A program made the translations under genes and the position numbers. Shown here one piece after another: positions 19,545 through 28,168 of a stretch of 64,000 nt of DNA (position 1 is its first letter; every line of letters starts with the position of its first letter). The DNA is taken from the NCBI GenBank assembly GCA_963675785.1, contig OY776562.1, forward strand, positions 928,001 through 992,000, in the 5' to 3' direction. The notes under the pieces are model-generated. The model searched no databases. It was not told the origin of the DNA and saw only the letters and a program-made list of their open reading frames with translations. Source of the DNA: Anaerolineae bacterium. Lineage in GTDB: Bacteria; Chloroflexota; Anaerolineae; UBA1429.

Positions 19545-20307
19545 CCGTTTTTACTCCAACAAGTAATAGGTTTTCAGGCAAGCCCCGGCTGGGGTAAGGT
19601 TCCCAGTCTTGCGGGGCCTCGCCGAATTCCTCAAAAATAGTCAGGTTTAGGCCAGCATGCCACAGGGCATGGACATAGTCAGCCACCGTCCAGTGGAACT
19701 CGTGGCTGATCAAGGGGCCGGAATCGAGCTCCGGTGTGTCTTCCGCGCGATCATAGGTAATGGGCCCACGATCGAAATAGGGATACAAGAGTCGATAAGG
19801 TTCTTCTCCATCGGCCCAAAGGCGGCGGAAGGGATGATATTCGCAAACGATGAGGCGACCACCGGGCACTAGAATGCGCGCGGCCTCGGCATAGTAGCGG
19901 TTCAGATCTGATACCCATACGGCCACGTGCCCGCCCGTGTACACCATGTCAAAGGAGGCATCAGCCAGTTCGCTCAGGTCGGTCACATCGGCCCTCATAA
20001 AACGAATATTCAAGCCGATTTCGGCGGCACGGCGTGCGGCAATGTCCAATTGGGCCTGTGAGATATCCACTGAGGTGAGCTGTGCGCCCATGCCAGCCAG
20101 AGCAAAAACGGCAAAGTTGTTGCCGCTACCCAATACGCAGATGCGTTTGCCGGCCACGGAACCTATGGCCTGAAGCTGCTCGGGCTCAAAGTAGAGTGTG
20201 GGATCATGAACCATCTGCCGCCAGGGCTGTGAATGTTCCAGACCAGCCTGCCACTGGGCGGCCACGGCGTCCCATCCCCGTCGATTTGCCTCGTGTAGTT
20301 CGTTCAT
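19525..20307 (-). CDS. Class I SAM-dependent methyltransferase
   Basis: VLGSG, VDISQAQL, SFDMVY, LVPGGRLIVCEYHP. Confidence 0.88.
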   Translation of the reverse strand: MNELHEANRRGWDAVAAQWQAGLEHSQPWRQMVHDPTLYFEPEQLQAIGSVAGKRICVLGSGNNFAVFALAGMGAQLTSVDISQAQLDIAARRAAEIGLNIRFMRADVTDLSELADASFDMVYTGGHVAVWVSDLNRYYAEAARILVPGGRLIVCEYHPFRRLWADGEEPYRLLYPYFDRGPITYDRAEDTPELDSGPLISHEFHWTVADYVHALWHAGLNLTIFEEFGEAPQDWEPYPSRGLPENLLLVGVKTGDCCNP

Positions 20308-20342
20308 CCTTGAGCCTTTCTACCAAACACGCGAAGCATAAT

Positions 20343-20386
20343 GTAACACGGCGCCGAGGCTGTCGCAACCATCGGCGCCGTGTTAC
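20343..20386. terminator. Hairpin / probable terminator downstream of the MBL pseudogene
   Basis: GTAACACGGCGCCGA...TCGGCGCCGTGTTAC, 15-bp arms. Confidence 0.6.
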
Positions 20387-20394
20387 CTGTTGGC

Positions 20395-20760
20395 TTAGCT
20401 AGCTAGAGATGCTGGAAAATTGGTTTGCTCGTGTTTGAGCAGAATGCCACTGGTCAAGAGAGCAAGCTTGCTACGCCTGTCAAGTGTCAAGGGTAGCAGC
20501 CAAAGTCGCTTCATATGGAAGTTCAGCCAGTGCTTGCCAAGTTCATCCTCGGTGTGTCCTTGGAGGCGCCCGTCGGTCTGATTGATAATCAGCCGTTGAA
20601 TAGGCAAGGTGTAGATGATAGGAAGAGCCCGATCTATTTCAAAATGTTGTGCTTCAAAGATCACCGCATGTAATTTGCGGGATGACATCTTCCAATTTAC
20701 CGCGTATGCCAAACTCGCAAGTCATGGGAGAGATCTCTACATTGACATAATCATCATTTC
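20395..20760 (-). pseudogene. C-terminal half of an RNase Z-like MBL-fold hydrolase pseudogene
   Basis: Frameshifted pieces NDDYVNVEISP / DLRVWHT / VIFEAQHFEIDRALPIIYTLPIQRLIINQ fit the late MBL motifs (xxTGD, ExxH, xLIxxH). Confidence 0.6.
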
Positions 20761-21037
20761 TGGGAAGTGATATCGCTCACAAAGAAAGCCGTTTTATCGC
20801 GCGGCAAAATAGATTCTCTCACGCGGCAGCTACAGAGCGTAAACGCCCGGTTACGGGATATAGAGGGAAACTCTCCCAGTTAGTGATAGTACGCGAGATT
20901 TCAAGGAAGCCATGCGGTTAACGCCAGAAAGAGTTCAGGCAGTCTTCGCGGAGATATTCACGCGAGACCGAGAGGAACACAAAACACGGCGTTATTTGCG
21001 CCGCGGTGCGAAACATCGCTATGAGCGCAAAAGATGA
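20761..21037 (+). pseudogene. Remnant C-terminal coiled-coil tail of a probable MobV/Pre-type relaxase
   Basis: VISLTKKAVLSRGKIDSLTRQLQSVNARLRDIE (frameshift) DSTRDFKEAMRLTPERVQAVFAEIFTRDREEHK...RYERKR*. Confidence 0.4.
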
Positions 21038-21097
21038 TCTTTGACAATTACATATTGTGGTTAAACCTGTATGCAGTAGTACAAAGAAGCGGGCATC

Positions 21098-21277
21098 ATG
21101 TCCGTTGACAAGCATTTACCCAACATCCCCGATGAGTTGATACAACCTTTGGCACGGACGATACTTTCGTCGATTCAGACGTATTCTGAAAGAGAGAAGG
21201 GACAGCGAGAGTTTATGGAGTAGGAGAAGAAAAAAGGAAATGAACGGATGGCAGCGAACGCTGTTAACCCCAAATAA
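21098..21277 (+). pseudogene. Small mobile-element-associated protein with in-frame TAG
   Basis: MSVDKHLPNIPDELIQPLARTILSSIQTYSEREKGQREFME*EKKK; TAG at 21221-21223 falls where W is expected in the clostridial ESEEGQREFEEW-type protein. Confidence 0.5.
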
Positions 21278-21281
21278 CATG

Positions 21282-21315
21282 AGCGGGAGAGCCAAATTCG
21301 GTTCTCCCGCTTTTT
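21282..21315. terminator. Intrinsic terminator
   Basis: AGCGGGAGAGCC-aaattc-GGTTCTCCCGCT followed by a T-run. Confidence 0.75.
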
Positions 21316-21353
21316 AATTATTGGTTTAGGCTTTATATGAATCATTGCACATT

Positions 21354-24300
21354 TCAGAACTGCACCTGTTTCTGTCTCCTCCGTCTCCTTATGATCAACA
21401 ACAGAAGAATCACCAATCCTCCGGAAGCAATGCAAACAATCCAGATCCACGGGCTTGAAGCTGCCTGCTCTACGCTGACGACCTGGAACCGGCTGAATTT
21501 GCTGATATCAAACCGGATGCCGGTTGGTATATTGTCCGTATATACCAACATTCCATAGGCCAACTCCGTCGTTCCATCGTCGTGCTCCACATAAACGCAT
21601 AGTGTCTTGAGGAACTCCTCATCTGCAAGCTGCTCCTCGCTTAAGCCTTCTAGCGGTAGCGTAATGGTCGTCGCAAAACTTTCCATGTTTGTCTGTATCG
21701 TTTTGGGCGTGCCAAACACCTGCCCCGCAACATTTGAGAGAGAAAATATCGCACTATCACCGAAGAACGCTTCCTCTGCTTCCTCTGCTTCCTCCGACAC
21801 CGGTACAATACGGAAGTACAGCGATGCTCCGCTCTGGGCCGCCTGCTCTAGCGCATCGGCAGAAAGTGTAACGGTTCCCGCAGGAGATTCCAGAATTACC
21901 CCCAGTCCGTTCTGAGCCAGCGTCAGCACCGTATTCGACGAGATTTCAAAGGCGAACTCATCCGCCGGATCATCTACGTCATTCTCAACAGTTATTACAA
22001 AATGCTCTACCGGATAACCCAGATCAATTAACGCCTGCACCGTATCGCTTGTCACCATGATGTAATCAATATTCGTGCCATCGTTCAGTGTCGTCCGATA
22101 GATCGTTTCGTTTCCGGCATTGTCTCCAGCCTGCACAGAGGCGGTGCGTTCCGTGGCATCGCGTGTTTCGTCCTTCGACGCTCCTTCCTGCTTGACGATC
22201 AACAGGAACGTCTCGGAGACGGTATCGCCATTCTTTGTTATCGTCGCCGTGATTACGATGCTAGCGTCATTGTTCTGCGGACGTGTGATTACGCCTGTCG
22301 CGCTGCTGCCGTTTTGTTCGATACGAACCACATTCGCATTAGAGGACGTCCATGTGATCTGCGCGCCGGAATTGGCGTCGCCGAGCAGTACAAAGCTGCT
22401 GGTCACGCATTCCCACGTATCGCCCTCTGCGAATTTGAACGCTGTTTCCAGTGTCAGTGACTGTGCTACCTTTTGCGCGGTATCTGCGACTTCCGTCCAT
22501 TTGGCATACAGCGTGATATTCGCCGTGACCTTTGCGGCAAAGTTATACGCATTGCCAAAGTTGCTGTCCGAATACCAGCCGTCGAACACATACCCATCCT
22601 TAGTCGGGTCTTGCGGTTGTGTCACGTTACTGCCGTACTTGATGTTCTGGCGGGACACAATGCTTCCGCCATTCGTATTGAACGTGACTGCAAAAGTGTT
22701 TATGGTGTACTGCGCTGTCACGGTCATGTTATATGTGATCTCATCGAAATCTTTATTCCAGCTGGCAAACGTGTATCCGACGCGTTGTGGATGCTCTGGG
22801 GCGGTTGCCGCATTGCTATACTTGACCGTTTGGGTCTTTAATACAGTGCCGTCCCAGTCCTCAAACGTTACGGTATAGGTGTTTATCGTCCACTTGGCAT
22901 ACAGATAAGCGTTCGCCGTTAACGTATCGGTATCGAAATTCCACCTGTTCGTACATGCTGCTTCTTTGTACCATCCGCCAAAGGTATAACCGGCTCGTGT
23001 CGGATCATCAGGCGCGACGATTTTCATGCTGCTGTTTGCACTGGTGACCGTATGAACGAGGCCATCGTTCATAAATGTCACCATATAAGTATTCATCGTC
23101 CATTTGGCGTACAGCGTGATATTCGCCGTGACCTTTGCGGCAAAGTTATACGCATTGTTAAAATTGCTGTCCGAATACCAGCCGTCGAACACATACCCAT
23201 CCTTAGTCGGGTCTTGCGGTTGTGTCACGTTACTGCCGTACTTGATGTTCTGGCTGGACACAATGCTTCCGCCATTCGTATTAAACATGACTGCAAAAGT
23301 GTTTATGGTGTACTGCGCTGTCACGGTCATGTTATATGTGATCTCATCGAAATCTTTATTCCAGCTGGCAAACGTGTATCCGACGCGTTGTGGATGTTCT
23401 GGGGCGGTTGCCGCATTGCTATACTTGACCGTTTGGGTCTTTAATACAGTGCCGTCCCAGTCCTCAAACGTTACGGTATAGGTGTTTATCGTCCACTTGG
23501 CATACAGATAAGCGTTCGCCGTTAACGTATCGGTATCGAAATTCCACCTGTTCGTACATGCTGCCTCTTTGTACCATCCGCCAAAGGTATAACCGGCTCG
23601 TGTCGGATCATCAGGCGCGACGAGTTTCGTGCCGCTGTTTGCACTGGTGATCGTATAAACGAGGCCATCGTTCATAAATGTCACCATATAAGTATCCATC
23701 GTCCATTTGGCGTACAGCATGATATTCGCCGTGACCTTTGCGGCAAAGTTATACGCATTGTTAAAGTTGCTGTCCGAATACCAGCCGTCGAACACATACC
23801 CATCCTTAGTCGGGTCTTGCGGTTGTGTCACGTTACTGCCGTACTTGATATTCTGGCTGGACACAATGCTTCCGCCATTCGTATTAAACATGACTGCAAA
23901 AGTGTTTATGGTGTACTGCGCTGTCACGGTCATGTTATATGTGATCTCATCGAAATCTTTATTCCAGCCGGCAAACGTGTATCCGACGCGTTGTGGATGC
24001 TCTGGGGCGGTTGCCGCATTGCTGTACTTGACCGTTTGGGTCTTTAATACAGTGCCGTCCCAGTCCTCAAACGTTACGGTATAGGTGTTTATCGTCCATT
24101 TGGCATACAGATAAACGTTCGCCGTTATCGTATCCGTATCAAAATTCCACTTGTTCGTACATGCTGCCTCTTTGTACCATCCGCCAAAGGTATAACCGGC
24201 TCGTGTCGGATCATCAGGCGCGACGATTTTCGTGCCGCTGTTTGCGCTGGTGACCGTATAAACGAGGTCATCGTTCATAAATGTCACCATATAAGTATCC

Positions 24301-27110
24301 ATCGTCCATTTGGCGTACAGCGTCGTATCCTTGGTAATGGTATACGGGAACGTCACTGGCGTAGTCAGTGATGCATCGCTGTACCAGCCGGAAAAGGTAT
24401 AATTGGCTTTGGTTGTACTCGGCGAAGAATTGATTGTAGTATCGTAGGCCTGTGTGACAGCGTCCACCGCACTCCCGCCGTTGGCATTGAACGTTATCGT
24501 ACATAAATTCGCCGTCCATTTCGCATACAGCGTATGGCTCGACGCATTGGTAACAGGTGTAGAATCGGTAATCTCGCTGCCTGTGCCGTTATCCCCAGTC
24601 CACCAGCCATCGAACGTATAGCCTGTTTTGGTGGGGGTGGGCAACGCGTCGTCCGTCGTTCCATCTGAAGCTTTGCCGTACGCACTACCATACTGCTTAG
24701 ACTGAGAGGATGGCGTAACAGCCCCGCCCTCCGCGTCGAACGTCACCGTGACCAGTGTAGTTCCTGTCACGGTACACGTTGCGTTAACTTTGCTACTCAA
24801 CGACGTAATACTCAGCGTGGCGGTCGTTTCGCTGCTCGTGCCCTCACCCGACCACGCGTATGTATACGTCGTCGCACCCGCTCCATCCACGGTGATAACG
24901 ACCGTCTTCCCGGCCAGTACCGCTGCACCGCTCGCTATCGCAGAACCATTTGCGGTTGCTGATATGGTACTGCCTGATGCTGTTCCAAGGTTCGATACTG
25001 CAAAGCTCACCGTATAGTAATTGACCGATGCGCTGCCATTTGCATCGTTAATCGTGATATTCGATCCCGTATCCGAACCGCCGATATAGATATCATATGT
25101 TCCGTTCAGCACAGACGCCGAATATGCACCTGTTACGCCGGTAGAAGCTGCGGTGGCGATTGTACTGCCGCTTTGCCATAGTTCAACGTTGCCTGATGCA
25201 GATGTGGAAGTCCCGTCTTTATAGACATGAATTGTTGCCGTATACGGTATAACAAAGGCAGCGGAATTTTGAGCGTCGCCAACCGCAGCAATAGCTTTGA
25301 GCGTATGATGACCTTCTGCCAAACTAGACGGCATAGAATATGTATAGATGCCGGTTGATGCGCTGGTCGTATACGTGCCGACACTTGTATTATCTATGAA
25401 TAGCTCAAATTCCTGCGAGAACATGACATTGTCGGACGCGTCTTTCAGCACGACATCAGCCGTTGTGGGGCTGACGCTGCTGTCAAGAGTGATTTCGACT
25501 AAGGCTGCCGCCGTCCTGCTTAGGGATACCGCATAGTATCTTGCAATTGCAGTATCCTGTGCGGTTACAAGAATGTATGCGGACGTGTTACTTCCAGCTG
25601 TGAGCGGAATAGTGTCTGTCCCTGTGACTTCTACTGTATAGTCACTATCCGAAAACAACTTGAAGGATGCGTTGCTCGCCACGATAATATCGGAGCGCCC
25701 TAGTTCATCTTTGGATTGGTCGACCACCATTCCCCAGCTTGTAGCATTCCCCTTGCTTGTGCCGTCGCCGCCAGAAGGGGTGTTGTCCGTTTGAAGGCAT
25801 ACGCTTGTCAACCCCGCATCGTCCGATAGAGTATTCAACTCTATCTCCGATCCGTAAACTATCCCTGCATTATTTGCAGCGTATGCTCTGACATAATAGG
25901 TCGCGCTCGCGCTAAGTGTATCTATGGTACCCGAAAATGCACCTGTACCGGTACCCATACTGACTTTGGTTACGCCAACCCCGTCAATAGCAGGATCATG
26001 ATCGGCAGAATAAACAATTCCTCTCTCTATATTTGAATCGTTGCCGTCATTTGTCACATTGCCGCCCAAAACTGCTGACTTTGACGTAATAGCTAAAGCC
26101 GCAGCGGTTGTTACCGCAGGCTTATCAATAACCTTTAGCGTACGAGAAACCTGCGGGGCAGCGCTATAGGTCTCATTCCCCGCTTGATTTGCAGCGATTT
26201 CCGCCGTTCCAGCACTGTGTAGCGTGACCGTCGAACCTGAAACCGTTGCAACATCAGTATTAGAGGATGTATAAGTAATAGGAAGGCCGGAGCTTGTGGT
26301 TGCCGCGAGCTCAAAACTTGCGCTTTCCAGCGTTTTAATGGGCAGCTCGGGAAAAGTAATAACCTGGGTCTCTTTTGAGATTTCGCCACCAGACTGAGCG
26401 TTTGAATAGAAAATAAAATCGTCGATCAACCCCGTATAGCCGTACCAGACGGATACTTGATTGGGAAGGCCCATTTCCGATCTAGACCATGCGGCATTCG
26501 TCCCAATCTGGTTGTATCTCATAGAAAGATGCCGCGGCACACCAGTTGCTTCTCCGATAACTGAACCGTCTAAATATACTTTTATCGAGTTTTCCCCCGA
26601 AGTCATGACGACTCTGTGCCAATTTCCATCGTTGACCGCACTGCTGGATACAACAGTCATGGAAGAGCCGATCCACATCTCCGCATACAGTCTTCCGTCA
26701 GGAAGTATGCATAATATTGGAACGAACTCTGTTGGTGTGGTTTGTGCTGCCGACGTATTCTGATACCCAAATAGGCCGCCATATTCCGAACCCGTTGCCT
26801 TGAATCTCATCGAGACAGTGAAAGAGGTGTTGTTCAATATCATGTTTTCAGGAAGGCTGACCCAGCCGTTGCCGTTTAAACGTATCGCCTGTCCCGTGTA
26901 ACCCGTGTCATATGTAACCGTCCCGCCGGTGCTTCCGTTATTGCCATTTCCACTTGCATCCAGGACATTTCCATCAAAGTTATAGTAAATAAGAATGTTG
27001 TCATCAGCAGCGAGGGCCGGAATAGGAGTCATCGATATCAGCAGGGCAATGCCCACTATGACAGCAAGCATTCCTGGCTTCCACATATGTGTCTTTCTTT
27101 TTGTGTTCAC
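21354..27110 (-). CDS. 1918-aa cell-surface protein: LamG/ConA domain, Ig/FN3-like domains, about 11 Listeria-Bacteroides (InlB B) repeats, C-terminal TM anchor
   Basis: Signal peptide; YYNFDGN..DASGNGNNG, VNDGNWHRV, YTGLIDDF (LamG); TYYVRAYA.N..G..YG; repeated P.DPT+.GY.F.GWY...LYAKW; hydrophobic helix plus RRRRR tail. Confidence 0.9.
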   Translation of the reverse strand: MNTKRKTHMWKPGMLAVIVGIALLISMTPIPALAADDNILIYYNFDGNVLDASGNGNNGSTGGTVTYDTGYTGQAIRLNGNGWVSLPENMILNNTSFTVSMRFKATGSEYGGLFGYQNTSAAQTTPTEFVPILCILPDGRLYAEMWIGSSMTVVSSSAVNDGNWHRVVMTSGENSIKVYLDGSVIGEATGVPRHLSMRYNQIGTNAAWSRSEMGLPNQVSVWYGYTGLIDDFIFYSNAQSGGEISKETQVITFPELPIKTLESASFELAATTSSGLPITYTSSNTDVATVSGSTVTLHSAGTAEIAANQAGNETYSAAPQVSRTLKVIDKPAVTTAAALAITSKSAVLGGNVTNDGNDSNIERGIVYSADHDPAIDGVGVTKVSMGTGTGAFSGTIDTLSASATYYVRAYAANNAGIVYGSEIELNTLSDDAGLTSVCLQTDNTPSGGDGTSKGNATSWGMVVDQSKDELGRSDIIVASNASFKLFSDSDYTVEVTGTDTIPLTAGSNTSAYILVTAQDTAIARYYAVSLSRTAAALVEITLDSSVSPTTADVVLKDASDNVMFSQEFELFIDNTSVGTYTTSASTGIYTYSMPSSLAEGHHTLKAIAAVGDAQNSAAFVIPYTATIHVYKDGTSTSASGNVELWQSGSTIATAASTGVTGAYSASVLNGTYDIYIGGSDTGSNITINDANGSASVNYYTVSFAVSNLGTASGSTISATANGSAIASGAAVLAGKTVVITVDGAGATTYTYAWSGEGTSSETTATLSITSLSSKVNATCTVTGTTLVTVTFDAEGGAVTPSSQSKQYGSAYGKASDGTTDDALPTPTKTGYTFDGWWTGDNGTGSEITDSTPVTNASSHTLYAKWTANLCTITFNANGGSAVDAVTQAYDTTINSSPSTTKANYTFSGWYSDASLTTPVTFPYTITKDTTLYAKWTMDTYMVTFMNDDLVYTVTSANSGTKIVAPDDPTRAGYTFGGWYKEAACTNKWNFDTDTITANVYLYAKWTINTYTVTFEDWDGTVLKTQTVKYSNAATAPEHPQRVGYTFAGWNKDFDEITYNMTVTAQYTINTFAVMFNTNGGSIVSSQNIKYGSNVTQPQDPTKDGYVFDGWYSDSNFNNAYNFAAKVTANIMLYAKWTMDTYMVTFMNDGLVYTITSANSGTKLVAPDDPTRAGYTFGGWYKEAACTNRWNFDTDTLTANAYLYAKWTINTYTVTFEDWDGTVLKTQTVKYSNAATAPEHPQRVGYTFASWNKDFDEITYNMTVTAQYTINTFAVMFNTNGGSIVSSQNIKYGSNVTQPQDPTKDGYVFDGWYSDSNFNNAYNFAAKVTANITLYAKWTMNTYMVTFMNDGLVHTVTSANSSMKIVAPDDPTRAGYTFGGWYKEAACTNRWNFDTDTLTANAYLYAKWTINTYTVTFEDWDGTVLKTQTVKYSNAATAPEHPQRVGYTFASWNKDFDEITYNMTVTAQYTINTFAVTFNTNGGSIVSRQNIKYGSNVTQPQDPTKDGYVFDGWYSDSNFGNAYNFAAKVTANITLYAKWTEVADTAQKVAQSLTLETAFKFAEGDTWECVTSSFVLLGDANSGAQITWTSSNANVVRIEQNGSSATGVITRPQNNDASIVITATITKNGDTVSETFLLIVKQEGASKDETRDATERTASVQAGDNAGNETIYRTTLNDGTNIDYIMVTSDTVQALIDLGYPVEHFVITVENDVDDPADEFAFEISSNTVLTLAQNGLGVILESPAGTVTLSADALEQAAQSGASLYFRIVPVSEEAEEAEEAFFGDSAIFSLSNVAGQVFGTPKTIQTNMESFATTITLPLEGLSEEQLADEEFLKTLCVYVEHDDGTTELAYGMLVYTDNIPTGIRFDISKFSRFQVVSVEQAASSPWIWIVCIASGGLVILLLLIIRRRRRQKQVQF
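22494..24320. repeat. Three near-identical 603-bp (201-aa) tandem units inside the surface protein
   Basis: CATTTGGC(G/A)TACAGC recurs at about 22498, 23101, 23704, 24307; antisense ORF ends at 22878/23481/24084 show the 603-bp period. Confidence 0.92.
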
Positions 27111-27313
27111 GATTGGTTCCCTTCGTATTTAGTTTTGGTCAAGAGGTAAAGGCGTATCTGGCGCTTAAATCTATAAAGACACACTTAATGGAAAGTTGTC
27201 TTTAAAAACGCCATATACTTGATAACATCACCTTATTCAATTCCTTTACTTGCATATTTAAAAGTTACCCTTTCAAAACATAAAAAGGGTACGAGCCAAT
27301 ACTATCAATCCGT

Positions 27314-27333
27314 GCACACCAAAAGCACACCAA
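27314..27333. promoter_or_regulatory. Direct repeat, candidate response-regulator binding site
   Basis: GCACACCAA twice with an 11-bp period, between the regulator and the surface-protein gene. Confidence 0.55.
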
Positions 27334-27364
27334 TCGGTGTCGAAAAAAACGTTGAATCGTATAT

Positions 27365-28168
27365 TTATCGTCTATTTATTTTATTGCTTAAATAGCCTGT
27401 AATCATTTCTGCCCAGCTGTAGTTACTCATAAACTCACCCATATATGCATTCACAGCGGCAGCATCCCCTTTTAAAAACCGGTAATAATCACAATTCACC
27501 TTTGTAACGTTTACAGAAATACTGTTGCGTTGTTTGACGATGATATCCTCGACTCCGGCCTTTCTCAATGTTTTCATCATGTCGGATATCACCGTTTGCA
27601 CCTGGTTTTGAAGAGAACGGTTGTACTCCCTTGTTTCCCATATGGCCGCAGCTAGCTCCGCGACGGTTACACTGCTGCCGTTTTTGCTGACAATATACGC
27701 AAGCGCCTCTTTTGTTTTCTTACGAAGAAAAACAAGTGGCGTATTGTCCACAAAGATGTCAAAGTTGCCAAAGGTTTGTATACGTACACGGAAGGATGAA
27801 GTTTTTACCGGCGTACGCAGGTCATCTAGTTCTCTGCTGATATCTTCTGCCAGAACAGGCTTCATCAGATAACCGCTGGCGTGCAGGCTGTGGGCATCCA
27901 ACGCATATTGGGAGTAGCTTGTCACAAAAATGATATTGGTTTTGGGGCAGGCATCTTTGAATCTTTTCGCTAGAGAAATGCCATCTATGCCCGGCATCTC
28001 GATATCCAGAAACGCCACATCAGGTATAAAGCCATCGTCGCTCAGCATTATGAGCGCCTCAGAAGAGTTGGTAAAACTGGCTATGTCACATTCCGGCAGT
28101 ATCTTTTTGATTTCCTGAACCATTCCGCTCATCGCCAGCGGTTCATCATCAACTACAATAATCTTCAT
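27365..28168 (-). CDS. Response regulator, REC plus SARP-type winged-helix output
   Basis: VVDDE, FLDIEMP, FVTSY, GYLMKP; RIQTFGNFDIFVD...KEALAYIV. Confidence 0.88.
   Translation of the reverse strand: MKIIVVDDEPLAMSGMVQEIKKILPECDIASFTNSSEALIMLSDDGFIPDVAFLDIEMPGIDGISLAKRFKDACPKTNIIFVTSYSQYALDAHSLHASGYLMKPVLAEDISRELDDLRTPVKTSSFRVRIQTFGNFDIFVDNTPLVFLRKKTKEALAYIVSKNGSSVTVAELAAAIWETREYNRSLQNQVQTVISDMMKTLRKAGVEDIIVKQRNSISVNVTKVNCDYYRFLKGDAAAVNAYMGEFMSNYSWAEMITGYLSNKINRR

Noticed and set aside
20395-20712. 105-aa ORF as an independent gene
   Set aside because: No convincing RBS or start; better explained as the C-terminal fragment of the split MBL pseudogene
22120-24084. Repeated plus-strand ORFs, and possible CRISPR or DGR template repeats
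   Set aside because: These are antisense to the coding 603-bp repeats; there are no spacers, no reverse transcriptase and no evident adenine-specific variation
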